NCBI GenBank assembly: GCA_027623195.1
Contig: JAQBUT010000001.1
Location: 96,001-160,000, forward strand
DNA length: 64,000 nt
Source of the DNA: Chloroflexota bacterium
Lineage (GTDB): Bacteria > Chloroflexota > Dehalococcoidia > Lucifugimonadales > JADFKI01
Direction of reading: 5' to 3'
Positions 31,460 to 40,978 of the stretch are shown piece by piece. Numbering within the stretch: the stretch's first letter is position 1; each line of letters begins with the position of its first letter. The position numbers and the translations under genes are program-made. Below the pieces are notes generated by a model. The model saw only the letters and a list, made by a program, of their open reading frames with translations, was not told the origin of the DNA and did no database searches.

Positions 31460-34154
31460 AACAATCGCAATCAATGGGAACGACGTTAGCGTTAACGACG
31501 GGGTGTCGGTGCTGGACGCTATCAACCAGTCTGGCACGTACATTTCGCAACTGTGCAAGGACCCGGACATGAAGGCGATCGGCGCGTGCCGCACGTGCCT
31601 GGTCCATGTGGAGGGCGTTCGCGGCTACCCAGCGTCGTGTTCCGTTCCAGCAGCCGACGGCATGAAGGTGTGGACGAACACGCCGGAGGTCCAGGCCATG
31701 CGCAAAGGCGTGATTGAGCTAACGCTGGCCATGTTCCCAAAGAACGGCAAGAAAGACTATCGTGAGCTTTCCATAGCGGCAGACCAGCACGGCATCACCG
31801 AGCCGCGTTGGGAGGGCCGGGAGCGTCAAGAGACCGACGACAGCAGTCCAGTGTTCAACATTGCGATGGACAGTTGCATCCTCTGCCAACGCTGCGTGCA
31901 GGCCTGCCAGGACGGCCACCAGTTCATTGGCGCAATCGACGTATTGGGTCGCGGCACCGAGGGCAAAATCGGCACCTTCATGGACCGGCCTCTGGTGGAA
32001 TCAGTATGCACCACCTGCGGCCAGTGCCTTTCGGTCTGCCCCACCGGAGCGATTCAAGTGAAGGCCCCTCTGCCCAAGATTGCCAAGACCGTGTCCACCA
32101 CCTGCCCATACTGCGGCGTTGGCTGCGGCGTGAAGGCGGAGGTCGACGAGAATGATCGCATCATCTCCATGCTGGACGACCCGGACAACCAGTCCAGCTT
32201 AGGCATGCTTTGCGTCAAAGGCCGGTTCGGCTTCGGCTTCGTGAACCACAAGGACCGGTTGACAACGCCGCTAATCCGTAAGAACGGCGAGCTAACGCCC
32301 GCGTCCTGGGATGAAGCGTTGGAGCTAATCACAGAGAAGTTTGCCGAACATCGAGGCGACGCCTTCGGGACGCTATGCTCTGCCAAGGCCACCAACGAGG
32401 ACGGCTACATCCAGCAAAAATTCTCGCGACTCATCATGCAGAGCAACCACATCGACCACTGCACACGCCTGTGCCACTCGCCTTCAGTAGAAGCAATGCT
32501 GACGGCCTTGGGTAGTGGCGCGACCAGCAACTCCTACCAGGACTACGAAGAGGCTGGTTGCCTGGTTATTATCGGCTCCGACGCCAACTCCAACCACCCC
32601 GTGGCTGCCTCGCGCATGCGCCGCGCCGTCGTAGAGAAGGGCGCGAAGCTAATCGTCATCAACCCGCGTCGCATCGAGATGTGCGACTTCGCGGAGATTT
32701 GGCTGAGGCCTCGCCCCGGTACGGACGTGGCGTTGCTTAACGGCATGGCCAAGGTCATCCTGGACGAGGAGCTTGCCGACTTCGATTTCATAGAGAACCG
32801 GACTGAGGACTTCGAGGTTTGGCGCGAGACCGTCGACAAGTACAACCTGGAATATGTAGAGCAGATTACCGGGTGCAGCGCCGATGACATCGCGCGGGCG
32901 GCCCGCATCTACGCCAAGCCCGCGTTCAGCGGCTCCTGCCTTATCTGGGGCATGGGCATCACGCAGCACACCACGGGCACGGCCAACGCCCACGGACTGT
33001 TGAACCTGTCCTTCGTGGCGGGCCAACTGGGCAAGCCAGGTGGAGGCATCTCACCCTTGCGCGGTCAGAATAACGTTCAGGGCTGTGGCGACGCAGGATG
33101 TGTTCCCAACTCCTTCCCCGGCTATCAGGTGCTGTCAGACGCATCGGTAGCCAAGTTCCAGGAGGCTTGGGGCAATAACCCGTTGCCTCCCGAACCGGGG
33201 CTGGTGATCACCGACATGGTGCCTGCTATGGACGAGGGCCGCATCAGGGCCATGTACATCACCGGGGAGAACCCTCTGCTGAGCGAGCCGGACCTTCACC
33301 ACGCGGAAGCCGTCTTCAAGAAGCTTGATTTCCTGGTGGTGCAGGACATTTTCCTGCATGAGACTGCGGCGATAGCCGACGTAGTGCTTCCAGCCACAAC
33401 CTTCGCAGAGAAGGACGGGACGTTCACGAACAGCGAACGCCGCGTCCAGCGAGTGAGAAAGGCCGTAGAGCCCGTAGGCGAAAGTCGCCCCGACTGGGAG
33501 ATCATCTGCGACCTGGGACAGCGCCTAAGCCGCAAGCTAGCACTGGGGGCCGAGCAGGAGTTCCAGTTCAATCATCCATCAGAGATATGGGACGAGATGG
33601 CCAAACTTACGCCTTCTGTGGCTGGCATCTCCTACGACCGTCTAGAGAGGGAGGGCGGTATACAGTGGCCGTGCCCAACGCCGGACCATCCCGGCACGCG
33701 ATTCCTGTATGAGAACGATTTCCCGCGAGGGCCTCGCGCCAAGTTCGTGCCCTTCGACCAGGGTCCGCAGGCGGCGGAGATGCCAAGCAAGCGCTTCCCG
33801 TTGTTCATGACGACGGGCCGTACTCTTTATCACTGGCATGGCGGGACCATAACACGACGGTCTGATAACCTTCTGGCAAAAATGCCCGAGGTCCCGATTA
33901 ACATGAACGCCGAAGATGGCGAAAAGTATGGCGTAGCCGACGGCGAGTGGATTCGCTTGCGCTCCCGCCGAGGCGACATGGAGGGTAGGGCGATGTACAC
34001 AGAGAAGATGCGCGCCGGCGAGGTGTTCGTGCCCTTCGTTAAACTGCAGGAGCACGCCGCCAACTTCCTGACCAACGCCGCGTTAGACCCCAACTCACGC
34101 ATACCCGAGTACAAGGTCTGCGCCGTGCGGATCGAGAAGATAGAGGCCGAGTAG
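31452..34154 (+). CDS. fdhF: Formate dehydrogenase subunit alpha (Mo/W-bisPGD, Cys-type)
   Basis: [2Fe-2S] GACRTC, two [4Fe-4S] (CILCQRCVQAC, CTTCGQCLSVCP), CPYCGVGC, active site RLCH, PLRGQNNVQG, PEYKVCAV. Confidence 0.95.
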   Translation: MTLTIAINGNDVSVNDGVSVLDAINQSGTYISQLCKDPDMKAIGACRTCLVHVEGVRGYPASCSVPAADGMKVWTNTPEVQAMRKGVIELTLAMFPKNGKKDYRELSIAADQHGITEPRWEGRERQETDDSSPVFNIAMDSCILCQRCVQACQDGHQFIGAIDVLGRGTEGKIGTFMDRPLVESVCTTCGQCLSVCPTGAIQVKAPLPKIAKTVSTTCPYCGVGCGVKAEVDENDRIISMLDDPDNQSSLGMLCVKGRFGFGFVNHKDRLTTPLIRKNGELTPASWDEALELITEKFAEHRGDAFGTLCSAKATNEDGYIQQKFSRLIMQSNHIDHCTRLCHSPSVEAMLTALGSGATSNSYQDYEEAGCLVIIGSDANSNHPVAASRMRRAVVEKGAKLIVINPRRIEMCDFAEIWLRPRPGTDVALLNGMAKVILDEELADFDFIENRTEDFEVWRETVDKYNLEYVEQITGCSADDIARAARIYAKPAFSGSCLIWGMGITQHTTGTANAHGLLNLSFVAGQLGKPGGGISPLRGQNNVQGCGDAGCVPNSFPGYQVLSDASVAKFQEAWGNNPLPPEPGLVITDMVPAMDEGRIRAMYITGENPLLSEPDLHHAEAVFKKLDFLVVQDIFLHETAAIADVVLPATTFAEKDGTFTNSERRVQRVRKAVEPVGESRPDWEIICDLGQRLSRKLALGAEQEFQFNHPSEIWDEMAKLTPSVAGISYDRLEREGGIQWPCPTPDHPGTRFLYENDFPRGPRAKFVPFDQGPQAAEMPSKRFPLFMTTGRTLYHWHGGTITRRSDNLLAKMPEVPINMNAEDGEKYGVADGEWIRLRSRRGDMEGRAMYTEKMRAGEVFVPFVKLQEHAANFLTNAALDPNSRIPEYKVCAVRIEKIEAE

Positions 34155-34237
34155 AGTATCGGGGCCACCACATAGTATAAAATGGCCGAAAATTTGGTTT
34201 CGCCTGTCCAGCACTGTTTAAAGGAGCTGTCCAAGAA

Positions 34238-35467
34238 ATGAAATTCTGCATGTTCCATCTTATGCCGTATCGGGATTTACCGGACAACTTCGAGAACGAC
34301 TATCACAGCGTCTGCGTGGACGTGCCGAGTAACCTTTACGACCCGGTCAAAGGCTCTCAGATGTACAACGACGCGCTGGACGAACTGGTTTACGCAGACA
34401 AGATGGGCATCGACGGCGTTTGCGTCAACGAGCACCATTCGCACATGTACGGCATGATGCCTTCGCCCAACCTGATGGCCGCCGCGCTGGCAAGGGAGAC
34501 CGAGGACGCAGCCGTTATAGTGCTGGGCAACAGCCTGCCGCTATACAATCCCGCTATCCGCGTGGCCGAAGAGTTCGCCATGCTGGACGCCATCAGTGGT
34601 GGTCGGGTGATAGCTGGCTTCCCGGTTGGTTCCTCCCACGATACCAACTACTCCTACGGCAAGGTGCCCGCTACTCTTCGCGAGCAGTATCGTGAGGCCC
34701 ACGACCTTATCATCCAATCGTGGACCCGCGACGATGTGTTTTCTTTCAACGGCAAATACAACCAGCTTCGGTACGTGAACGTGCTGCCCAAGCCGATGCA
34801 GAAACCTCACCCGCCAATATGGGTTCCCGGCGGCGGCAGTATCGAGACGTGGGACTTCTGTCTGGAAAACGATTACGTCTACTGCTACCTGAGTTACTCC
34901 GGATACGAAAATGGCAAGTCCAGGCTGCAGGGTTTCTGGGATCGCGCCGATGAGTTGGGCTATGAAAAGAATCCATTCCGGGCCGGATTTCTGCAACTGG
35001 TAGTCGTTTCCGAGACGGACGAACAGGCAGAGAAGGACTACGCGAAGCATGCACTTTACTTCTTCAAGAAGTGCCTGCACACCTACCCGGGATTCGCGGA
35101 AGCTCCCGGCTACCGCACCATGGAAACCATATCAAGGGACGTGCGCTCTGTGTACACGAACCTACGCCGTCAGCAGTCGTCGGAGTGGACATACCGCGAT
35201 TACGTGGAGGCAGGCAACATCATCGCCGGCAGCCCGGACACTGTGCGTGAGCGGTTGAAAGAGGCGATCACGGGCCTGAACGTTGGCAACCTCATGGTGC
35301 TCCTGCACATCGGCAGCATGCCCAAGGAGCTAACGGAGAAGAACATCCGCTTGTTCACCCAGGAGGTTATGCCGGGCCTAAAGGACATGTGGTCCGACTG
35401 GGATAATCGCTGGTGGATTAAGCCCGTGGGGCAACAGTCGGATTCGATGGCCACGCCCGCGGACTAG
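34238..35467 (+). CDS. LLM-class (luciferase-like) flavin-dependent oxidoreductase
   Basis: NEHH, PSPNLMAA, RVAEEFAMLDAISGGR, PKPMQKPHPPIW, GSPDTV. Confidence 0.92.
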   Translation: MKFCMFHLMPYRDLPDNFENDYHSVCVDVPSNLYDPVKGSQMYNDALDELVYADKMGIDGVCVNEHHSHMYGMMPSPNLMAAALARETEDAAVIVLGNSLPLYNPAIRVAEEFAMLDAISGGRVIAGFPVGSSHDTNYSYGKVPATLREQYREAHDLIIQSWTRDDVFSFNGKYNQLRYVNVLPKPMQKPHPPIWVPGGGSIETWDFCLENDYVYCYLSYSGYENGKSRLQGFWDRADELGYEKNPFRAGFLQLVVVSETDEQAEKDYAKHALYFFKKCLHTYPGFAEAPGYRTMETISRDVRSVYTNLRRQQSSEWTYRDYVEAGNIIAGSPDTVRERLKEAITGLNVGNLMVLLHIGSMPKELTEKNIRLFTQEVMPGLKDMWSDWDNRWWIKPVGQQSDSMATPAD

Positions 35468-35546
35468 GGCTCAGAACCGATCATGTTAAGACCGACCAAA
35501 GTTCGCCGCAGTGGTAGTTTAGTGAACGATAATTAGGGGATGCAAT

Positions 35547-36224
35547 TTGACTCTAGGCCAGATGCCCAGGCCTGAAGCAAACCAGTTCATGGGAAAGCGA
35601 AAGCTGTTCCTGGTTCCCAACTATATCTTTCCGCCGGGGATGCCTGACGAGGCGCAGAAGCTGGAAGAGCGCTACTGGTCCGAGGTACGCGACCACGTGC
35701 AGAACCTGGAGCGGTCACTAGGTCCAGTGCATCACGTCTTCCACGAGATGCTATATACGCAGGGCGACGAAGGCATGAGGCTGATAGAGGCCATGAACCC
35801 TCTGGGTTGCTCATTCATTCGCACCCTGTGCAGCTCGTCGGCAACACTACAAGTCACCGAGGACCAGGCCGTCTTTGAAGAAAACATCGACTGGCAGAGG
35901 TGTCTTTCCGTGGGTCTCATGAGCGAAAAAGTTATGACCCTCGCCACGGAAGGCGCTCAGGAGACTACGCAGAAGCGCTACGAACACATAGGCACTCGCA
36001 TCGCCGAGACGCTGAAGGAAAACGACAACGGAGTTCTGTTCATTCGAGAAGACCACCGGGTCCAATTCCCCTCCGACATTCAAGTCTTCTACGTTGCGCC
36101 GCCAGCCCTGGACGCCACCAAGCGCTGGATAGACGAGCAGAGGAAGAGCTACGCGCAGGCGCAGGCCCAACAGCCATCAGAGGAATCTCAGAACGCACCA
36201 AATACTGAGGCGCCTTCAGAATAA
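35547..36224 (+). CDS. Hypothetical protein
   Basis: 225-aa ORF with TTG start after an AGGGG RBS and native codon usage. Confidence 0.75.
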   Translation: MTLGQMPRPEANQFMGKRKLFLVPNYIFPPGMPDEAQKLEERYWSEVRDHVQNLERSLGPVHHVFHEMLYTQGDEGMRLIEAMNPLGCSFIRTLCSSSATLQVTEDQAVFEENIDWQRCLSVGLMSEKVMTLATEGAQETTQKRYEHIGTRIAETLKENDNGVLFIREDHRVQFPSDIQVFYVAPPALDATKRWIDEQRKSYAQAQAQQPSEESQNAPNTEAPSE

Positions 36225-36316
36225 CCCTCCGTCCCGCCTCATCGCCTACATTTCGCGCCAGTCACGCACTTCCTTTATAATACTCTCCCGCACGTAACCA
36301 ACATCAGGAGAGTTCA

Positions 36317-38038
36317 ATGGTAGACAGGAATGGCGCCCCGCTTCGCAGTCAAGAGTGGTTCGACACCCCCGAGCTTTACGGCTGGCTACGGCAGGCCGCA
36401 TTTAAGGCTGAGGGGTTTGGGGAGCCGTCCTACCAGAACAAGCCCATCATCGGCATCTGCAACACCTGGAGCGAGCTTACCCACTGCAACGCCCACCTGC
36501 GCGGCCTGGCTGAGGCTGTCAAGCGCGGCGTTTGGCAGGCGGGCGGATTCCCCATGGAGTTCCCGGTAATGTCGCTGGGCGAGTACAACATGCGCCCGAC
36601 CACGATGCTCTTCCGCAATCTTATGAGCATGGATGTAGAGGAGTCCATCACGGCCAACCCCTTGGACGGCGTGGTCCTGCTGGGCGGTTGCGACAAGACA
36701 ACTCCGGCGCTGCTCATGGGCGCTGCCAGCGCAGACATTCCCGCCATCCTGGTTACGGGCGGTCCGCAGCTCAAAGGCAACTGGCGCGGCGAGGAGCTAG
36801 GCTCCTGCACCGACTGCCGCCGCTACAGCGTAGAGTTGCGCGCGGGCACTATCAACGAGGAGCAGTGGGCCGAGCTACAGAACTGCATCGTGCGTAGCCC
36901 TGGCCACTGTATGGTCATGGGCACCGCCTCCACTATGGGCTCCATGGGAGAGGCGCTGGGCATCGCACTTCCCGGCAACGCTGCGATACCGGCGGTGGAC
37001 TCGCGGCGCACTCAACTGGCTGAGGAAGCTGGCCGTCAGATAATCGAGCTGGTCAAGCAGGACCTGCGGCCGTCCAAGATCATGACGCAAGAGGCCTTCG
37101 AGAACGCGATAACGACGCTGCATTCCATCGGTGGCTCAACGAACGCCATAATCCACCTCACGGCCATTGCCGGTCGGCTGGGAATAGAATTACCTCTAAA
37201 GCTGTTCGACGATCTCTCCCGCACCACGCCATTCCTGCTGAACCTGAAGCCCTCGGGCGAGTACTTGATGGAAGATTTCTTCTACGCGGGCGGACTACCA
37301 GCCCTACTCAAAGAAATCTCCCCGCTGCTTCATAGGGAGTGCATCACAGTAACGGGACGCACCATTGGCGAAAACGTAGCCTCTGCCCTGAACCACAATC
37401 CGGACATAATACGCCCCCTGGACAACGCTCTGAATCCTGAGGGCGGTCTGGCGGTGCTGTACGGCTCCCTGGCGCCTGGAGGAGCCATCGTCAAGCCCAC
37501 GGCCGCCTCGCCGGCACTGCTGACGCACCGGGGCAGGGCGCTGGTGTTCGAAGACCATGAGGATATGGACCGACGCATCGACGACCCGGACCTGGAGGTC
37601 ACGCCCGACGACGTTCTGGTGATGCGAAATGCCGGGCCTATTGGCGGGCCAGGCATGCCGGAGTGGGGTTTCCTGCCGCTGCCAAAAAAGATCCTGACTC
37701 GGGGCATCCGAGACATGGTGCGCCTCAGCGACGCACGCATGAGCGGCACTGCCTTCGGAACAGTAGTGGTGCACATCACGCCGGAGTCGACGTACGGTAG
37801 CCCGCTGGCAGCGGTTCGCACAGGCGACATGATTGAGCTGGACGTGGCCAATCGCCGGTTGGACCTGCTGGTGGAGGATAGGGAAGTGAAGCGTAGGCTT
37901 GCGGAGATGCCGCCTATGAAGCAACACTTCACTAGAGGCTACGGCTGGATGTACTCCCAGCACATCTTGGGAGCGGACAAGGGCTGCGACTTCGATTTCT
38001 TGAGGGCGGAGAATCTGGTGGGGGCGTTGGCGCGGTAG
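36317..38038 (+). CDS. IlvD/Edd-family dehydratase (sugar-acid dehydratase-like)
   Basis: CNAHLR, GCDKT, GHCMVMGTAS, GGSTNA, GPGMPE, SDARMSGT. Confidence 0.92.
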   Translation: MVDRNGAPLRSQEWFDTPELYGWLRQAAFKAEGFGEPSYQNKPIIGICNTWSELTHCNAHLRGLAEAVKRGVWQAGGFPMEFPVMSLGEYNMRPTTMLFRNLMSMDVEESITANPLDGVVLLGGCDKTTPALLMGAASADIPAILVTGGPQLKGNWRGEELGSCTDCRRYSVELRAGTINEEQWAELQNCIVRSPGHCMVMGTASTMGSMGEALGIALPGNAAIPAVDSRRTQLAEEAGRQIIELVKQDLRPSKIMTQEAFENAITTLHSIGGSTNAIIHLTAIAGRLGIELPLKLFDDLSRTTPFLLNLKPSGEYLMEDFFYAGGLPALLKEISPLLHRECITVTGRTIGENVASALNHNPDIIRPLDNALNPEGGLAVLYGSLAPGGAIVKPTAASPALLTHRGRALVFEDHEDMDRRIDDPDLEVTPDDVLVMRNAGPIGGPGMPEWGFLPLPKKILTRGIRDMVRLSDARMSGTAFGTVVVHITPESTYGSPLAAVRTGDMIELDVANRRLDLLVEDREVKRRLAEMPPMKQHFTRGYGWMYSQHILGADKGCDFDFLRAENLVGALAR

Positions 38039-38079
38039 AGGTTTCTAGCGGCAGAGGTTTCTATAGGTCTGGAACTCGT

Positions 38080-39075
38080 CTAAAGGTCGAAGTCCTCATC
38101 GTCGTCAAGGTCGTCTTCGTTGAAATCGGTCAGCACGATTTCCCGGATGAGTTCGCGCTCTTCGTGGGACATGACCCAGTCGAGGGCGTCGGCGTTCTCC
38201 TCAATCTCGGCCGGTCGACGGGTGCCAACCAGCCCCACAGTGACCGCCGGGTTGGAGATTACCCAGGCCAGGGCAAGCTGTGCCACAGTCATGCCTTTGA
38301 CGTCGGCGATGGCCCTGAGGTCCTCCACCCTGTCCAGGTTTCGTAGAAAATCATCGCCTCTGAACAGTGGCAGACCAAAGGCCATGAGGTTTCGCCGCCA
38401 GTCGTCTTCCTCGAATTCCGTCTCAGGATTCATAGTTCCACTGAGAAGACCGTGCGCCAGCGAGCCGTAGGCCATCACGCCTATGTCGTTGGCTTCGCAG
38501 AAGGGGAACAGCTTCGCCTCGGGCCTGAAATCGAACAGGTGGTAGCCGACCTGGTTGGTAATGATGGGGAACGTTTTCAGGCACTCCTCCACCTGCACCA
38601 CGGAGAAGTTGCTAACGCCTCCGTAACGTATCTTGCCCTGCTCCCGAAACTTGGCAAAGGCATCCATAGGCTCGGACATGGGCCGTGATTCGTCAGGCCA
38701 GTGGATTAGATAAAGGTCGAGGTAGTCGGTCTGAAGGCGTTTCAGGCTGTCGTTCAGACCCTTTTCCAATGCTTCGTAAGAGCTGTCCCGCTTTTGCGAA
38801 TCGTTGGGATCGTCCCACACGCGACCGCCTTTGCTAACGAGAACGACGTCTTCGCGTTTGCCTTTGAGCGCCTTGCCCAGAAGCTTCTCGCCTTCGCCCC
38901 AGCCGTATATGGCAGCGGTGTCGAAGAGCGTCACCCCGCATTCGATGGCGGCGTCAACCGAGTCCAGAACCTCTTCGCTATCGAAAGAGCCGTAGTGGCC
39001 TTTGCCCATGGGCCAGCCACCAAAACCTACAACGGAGGTTTCGAGATCCGAGTTGCCAAACTTACTGTATTCCAT
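38080..39075 (-). CDS. Aldo/keto reductase
   Basis: FDTAAIYG, SLKRLQTDYLDLYLIHWPD, GVSNF, QLALAW. Confidence 0.92.
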   Translation of the reverse strand: MEYSKFGNSDLETSVVGFGGWPMGKGHYGSFDSEEVLDSVDAAIECGVTLFDTAAIYGWGEGEKLLGKALKGKREDVVLVSKGGRVWDDPNDSQKRDSSYEALEKGLNDSLKRLQTDYLDLYLIHWPDESRPMSEPMDAFAKFREQGKIRYGGVSNFSVVQVEECLKTFPIITNQVGYHLFDFRPEAKLFPFCEANDIGVMAYGSLAHGLLSGTMNPETEFEEDDWRRNLMAFGLPLFRGDDFLRNLDRVEDLRAIADVKGMTVAQLALAWVISNPAVTVGLVGTRRPAEIEENADALDWVMSHEERELIREIVLTDFNEDDLDDDEDFDL

Positions 39076-39104
39076 ACTCTTACCTGCGCCTGCGCACGCG
39101 GAAT

Positions 39105-40145
39105 TTACTGAAGAACCTGAACCTTGATAGAGCCAGTACTCTTATCGTACGCCGTCTCAAATCCCGTTTGGATTTCGTCCAGCGAATACCTGTGCGTAAC
39201 CATCTTTGCCAGTGGTACTTTGCCCGACGCCATCATGTCTATAGCCACCTCGTAGTCGTGCCTTCCATCCTGGATTCCGTAGCACGATGAGAAGATGATG
39301 GTCTGCTCCTTGAGCATGGGCCGGAGCCAGTCCACGGTTACCGGCGTTCGGTAGCCGCCTATGACGACGAAGCGTCCTTGCCGCCTGGTTATCGTTATGG
39401 CCTGCTCCAGAGGGGCCGCGTTCCAACCGCCCACGGTCTCGATAGTCAGGTCAGCTCCTCGGCCTTCGGTAGCATCCGCTACCGCATCCACAAACGCAGG
39501 GTCGTCGGGCTGGAAAGCGTAGTCAGCCCCCAGAATCTTGGCCATGGAGGCCTGCTGTTCGTGTCGAGCCGTAACGAATATCTTGCCGGTGCCGATAGCC
39601 CTGGCAGCCGCCACCGCCGTAAGACCTATGTTGCCGGAGCCAAGCACAACGACTGTTTCGTCGCCTTTTAGTTGGCCACGCCGCACACCGTGCAACGACA
39701 CCGCGAAGGGCTCAACCAGTGCGCCCTCTTCCCAGGAGAGATTGTCGGGCAGAACGTAGCAGCCGGGGGCCTTGCGCTTGATGTACTCGGCGAACCCACC
39801 GCCAATTATTTCCGACATGTTCTGGCACTGCCTGTACTGGCCTATGCGGCAGTACCAGCAGGTGAGGCAGGCCTTGCCGTGACCGATGATCTCCATGGCC
39901 ACGCGCTTGCCGATAAGCGACTCATCCACTCCGGGGCCGGCCTCCACTATCTCTCCCGCAACCTCGTGGCCAACGGGGTCCTGGTCTTCCTCCGTCTGGT
40001 CGGCCTTCATCTGCAGGTCAGAGCCGCATATCCCGGTTGCCCTGACTTTAACCAGTACCTCGCCTGGGCCAACCACGGGCTTGGGGTACTCGGCTACATT
40101 CATCTTGCCTTTGCCGTCGTAAAAAGCGGCCTTCATCATTTCCAT
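39105..40145 (-). CDS. Zinc-binding dehydrogenase (sorbitol/threonine dehydrogenase-like)
   Basis: ICGSD, GHE, CLTCWYC...C, ALVEP, GSGNIG. Confidence 0.9.
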   Translation of the reverse strand: MEMMKAAFYDGKGKMNVAEYPKPVVGPGEVLVKVRATGICGSDLQMKADQTEEDQDPVGHEVAGEIVEAGPGVDESLIGKRVAMEIIGHGKACLTCWYCRIGQYRQCQNMSEIIGGGFAEYIKRKAPGCYVLPDNLSWEEGALVEPFAVSLHGVRRGQLKGDETVVVLGSGNIGLTAVAAARAIGTGKIFVTARHEQQASMAKILGADYAFQPDDPAFVDAVADATEGRGADLTIETVGGWNAAPLEQAITITRRQGRFVVIGGYRTPVTVDWLRPMLKEQTIIFSSCYGIQDGRHDYEVAIDMMASGKVPLAKMVTHRYSLDEIQTGFETAYDKSTGSIKVQVLQ

Positions 40146-40184
40146 GTCAAACTCTCCAACCGGTGCAGGTTCCGCCTCGCTTTT

Positions 40185-40931
40185 TTACTGGTTGTTCTTA
40201 AGGAACTGCTCAGCAGTATTCAATATGGCGTCGTTTAATGGCATTGTGGTGAAGAGGTCCGAGAAGAGCTTGCGGCCTCGCGCATGAATCAGATCCCCGA
40301 TGCGATTCTGCTCCGCCTGCACATCTGCGTGGTCCGGCCTGCCAGGATAACCCATGGACTGGGCAAGGTCGTTGGTGCCCCATGCAAAAGCATCCAGGCC
40401 ATCAACCGCCAGTATCTCTTCGATATTACCGAAGGATGTAGCGCTCTCCAATTGGCACATCACGAGCATCTCCTTGTTGGCCTGTATCATGTACTCGGTG
40501 CGCTGGATGCCGGGCTGGTCGATAAGCCTGGGGTCGTTGTAATAGGTGCCCCGGCCGCCACCCCAACTGCGCTCGCCCTCAGGCGTGAATCGGCAGGCGT
40601 CCACAAGAGCCTTAGCCTCTTCGCCGTTCTCCACATGCGGTCCCAGTATGCCGATGACGCCCCTATCCAGGAACTGGTTAATGACCGCCGGGTTCTTGCC
40701 GGGTACTCTGGCGGTGGTCGTCAGGCCGTAGCCATCAGCCACACGGACCATAGCGTCGATGGACTCGGGTGAAAACAGACCGTGCTCACCGTCCAGGTTA
40801 ACGAAATCGAAGCCGCCCAGCATGCCGATCAGTTCCACGGCCTCGACGCAGGGGTAGACAAGGCCTATACCCAGGCCTTTTTTGCCCTGCCTGTTCTTCT
40901 CAAAGATGTTGTTCTTTCGGAAAGTTACCAT
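40185..40931 (-). CDS. HpcH/HpaI-family aldolase
   Basis: LDGEHG, ARVP, LDRG..GILGPHV, QLES, GTNDL. Confidence 0.87.
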   Translation of the reverse strand: MVTFRKNNIFEKNRQGKKGLGIGLVYPCVEAVELIGMLGGFDFVNLDGEHGLFSPESIDAMVRVADGYGLTTTARVPGKNPAVINQFLDRGVIGILGPHVENGEEAKALVDACRFTPEGERSWGGGRGTYYNDPRLIDQPGIQRTEYMIQANKEMLVMCQLESATSFGNIEEILAVDGLDAFAWGTNDLAQSMGYPGRPDHADVQAEQNRIGDLIHARGRKLFSDLFTTMPLNDAILNTAEQFLKNNQ

Positions 40932-40978
40932 CAGATTCTCCTCATATTCATTTCTATTGAAACCAGACAGAGGGCAAT

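Noticed and set aside
32455..32485. Possible selenocysteine in the FDH active site
   Set aside because: The codon is TGC (RLCH), so the enzyme is Cys-type and the ORF is uninterrupted.
38080..38125. Asp/Glu-rich C-terminal tails (this aldo/keto reductase and the 43660-44448 protein)
   Set aside because: Low-complexity acidic tails are common, and the two share no motif suggesting a targeting signal.
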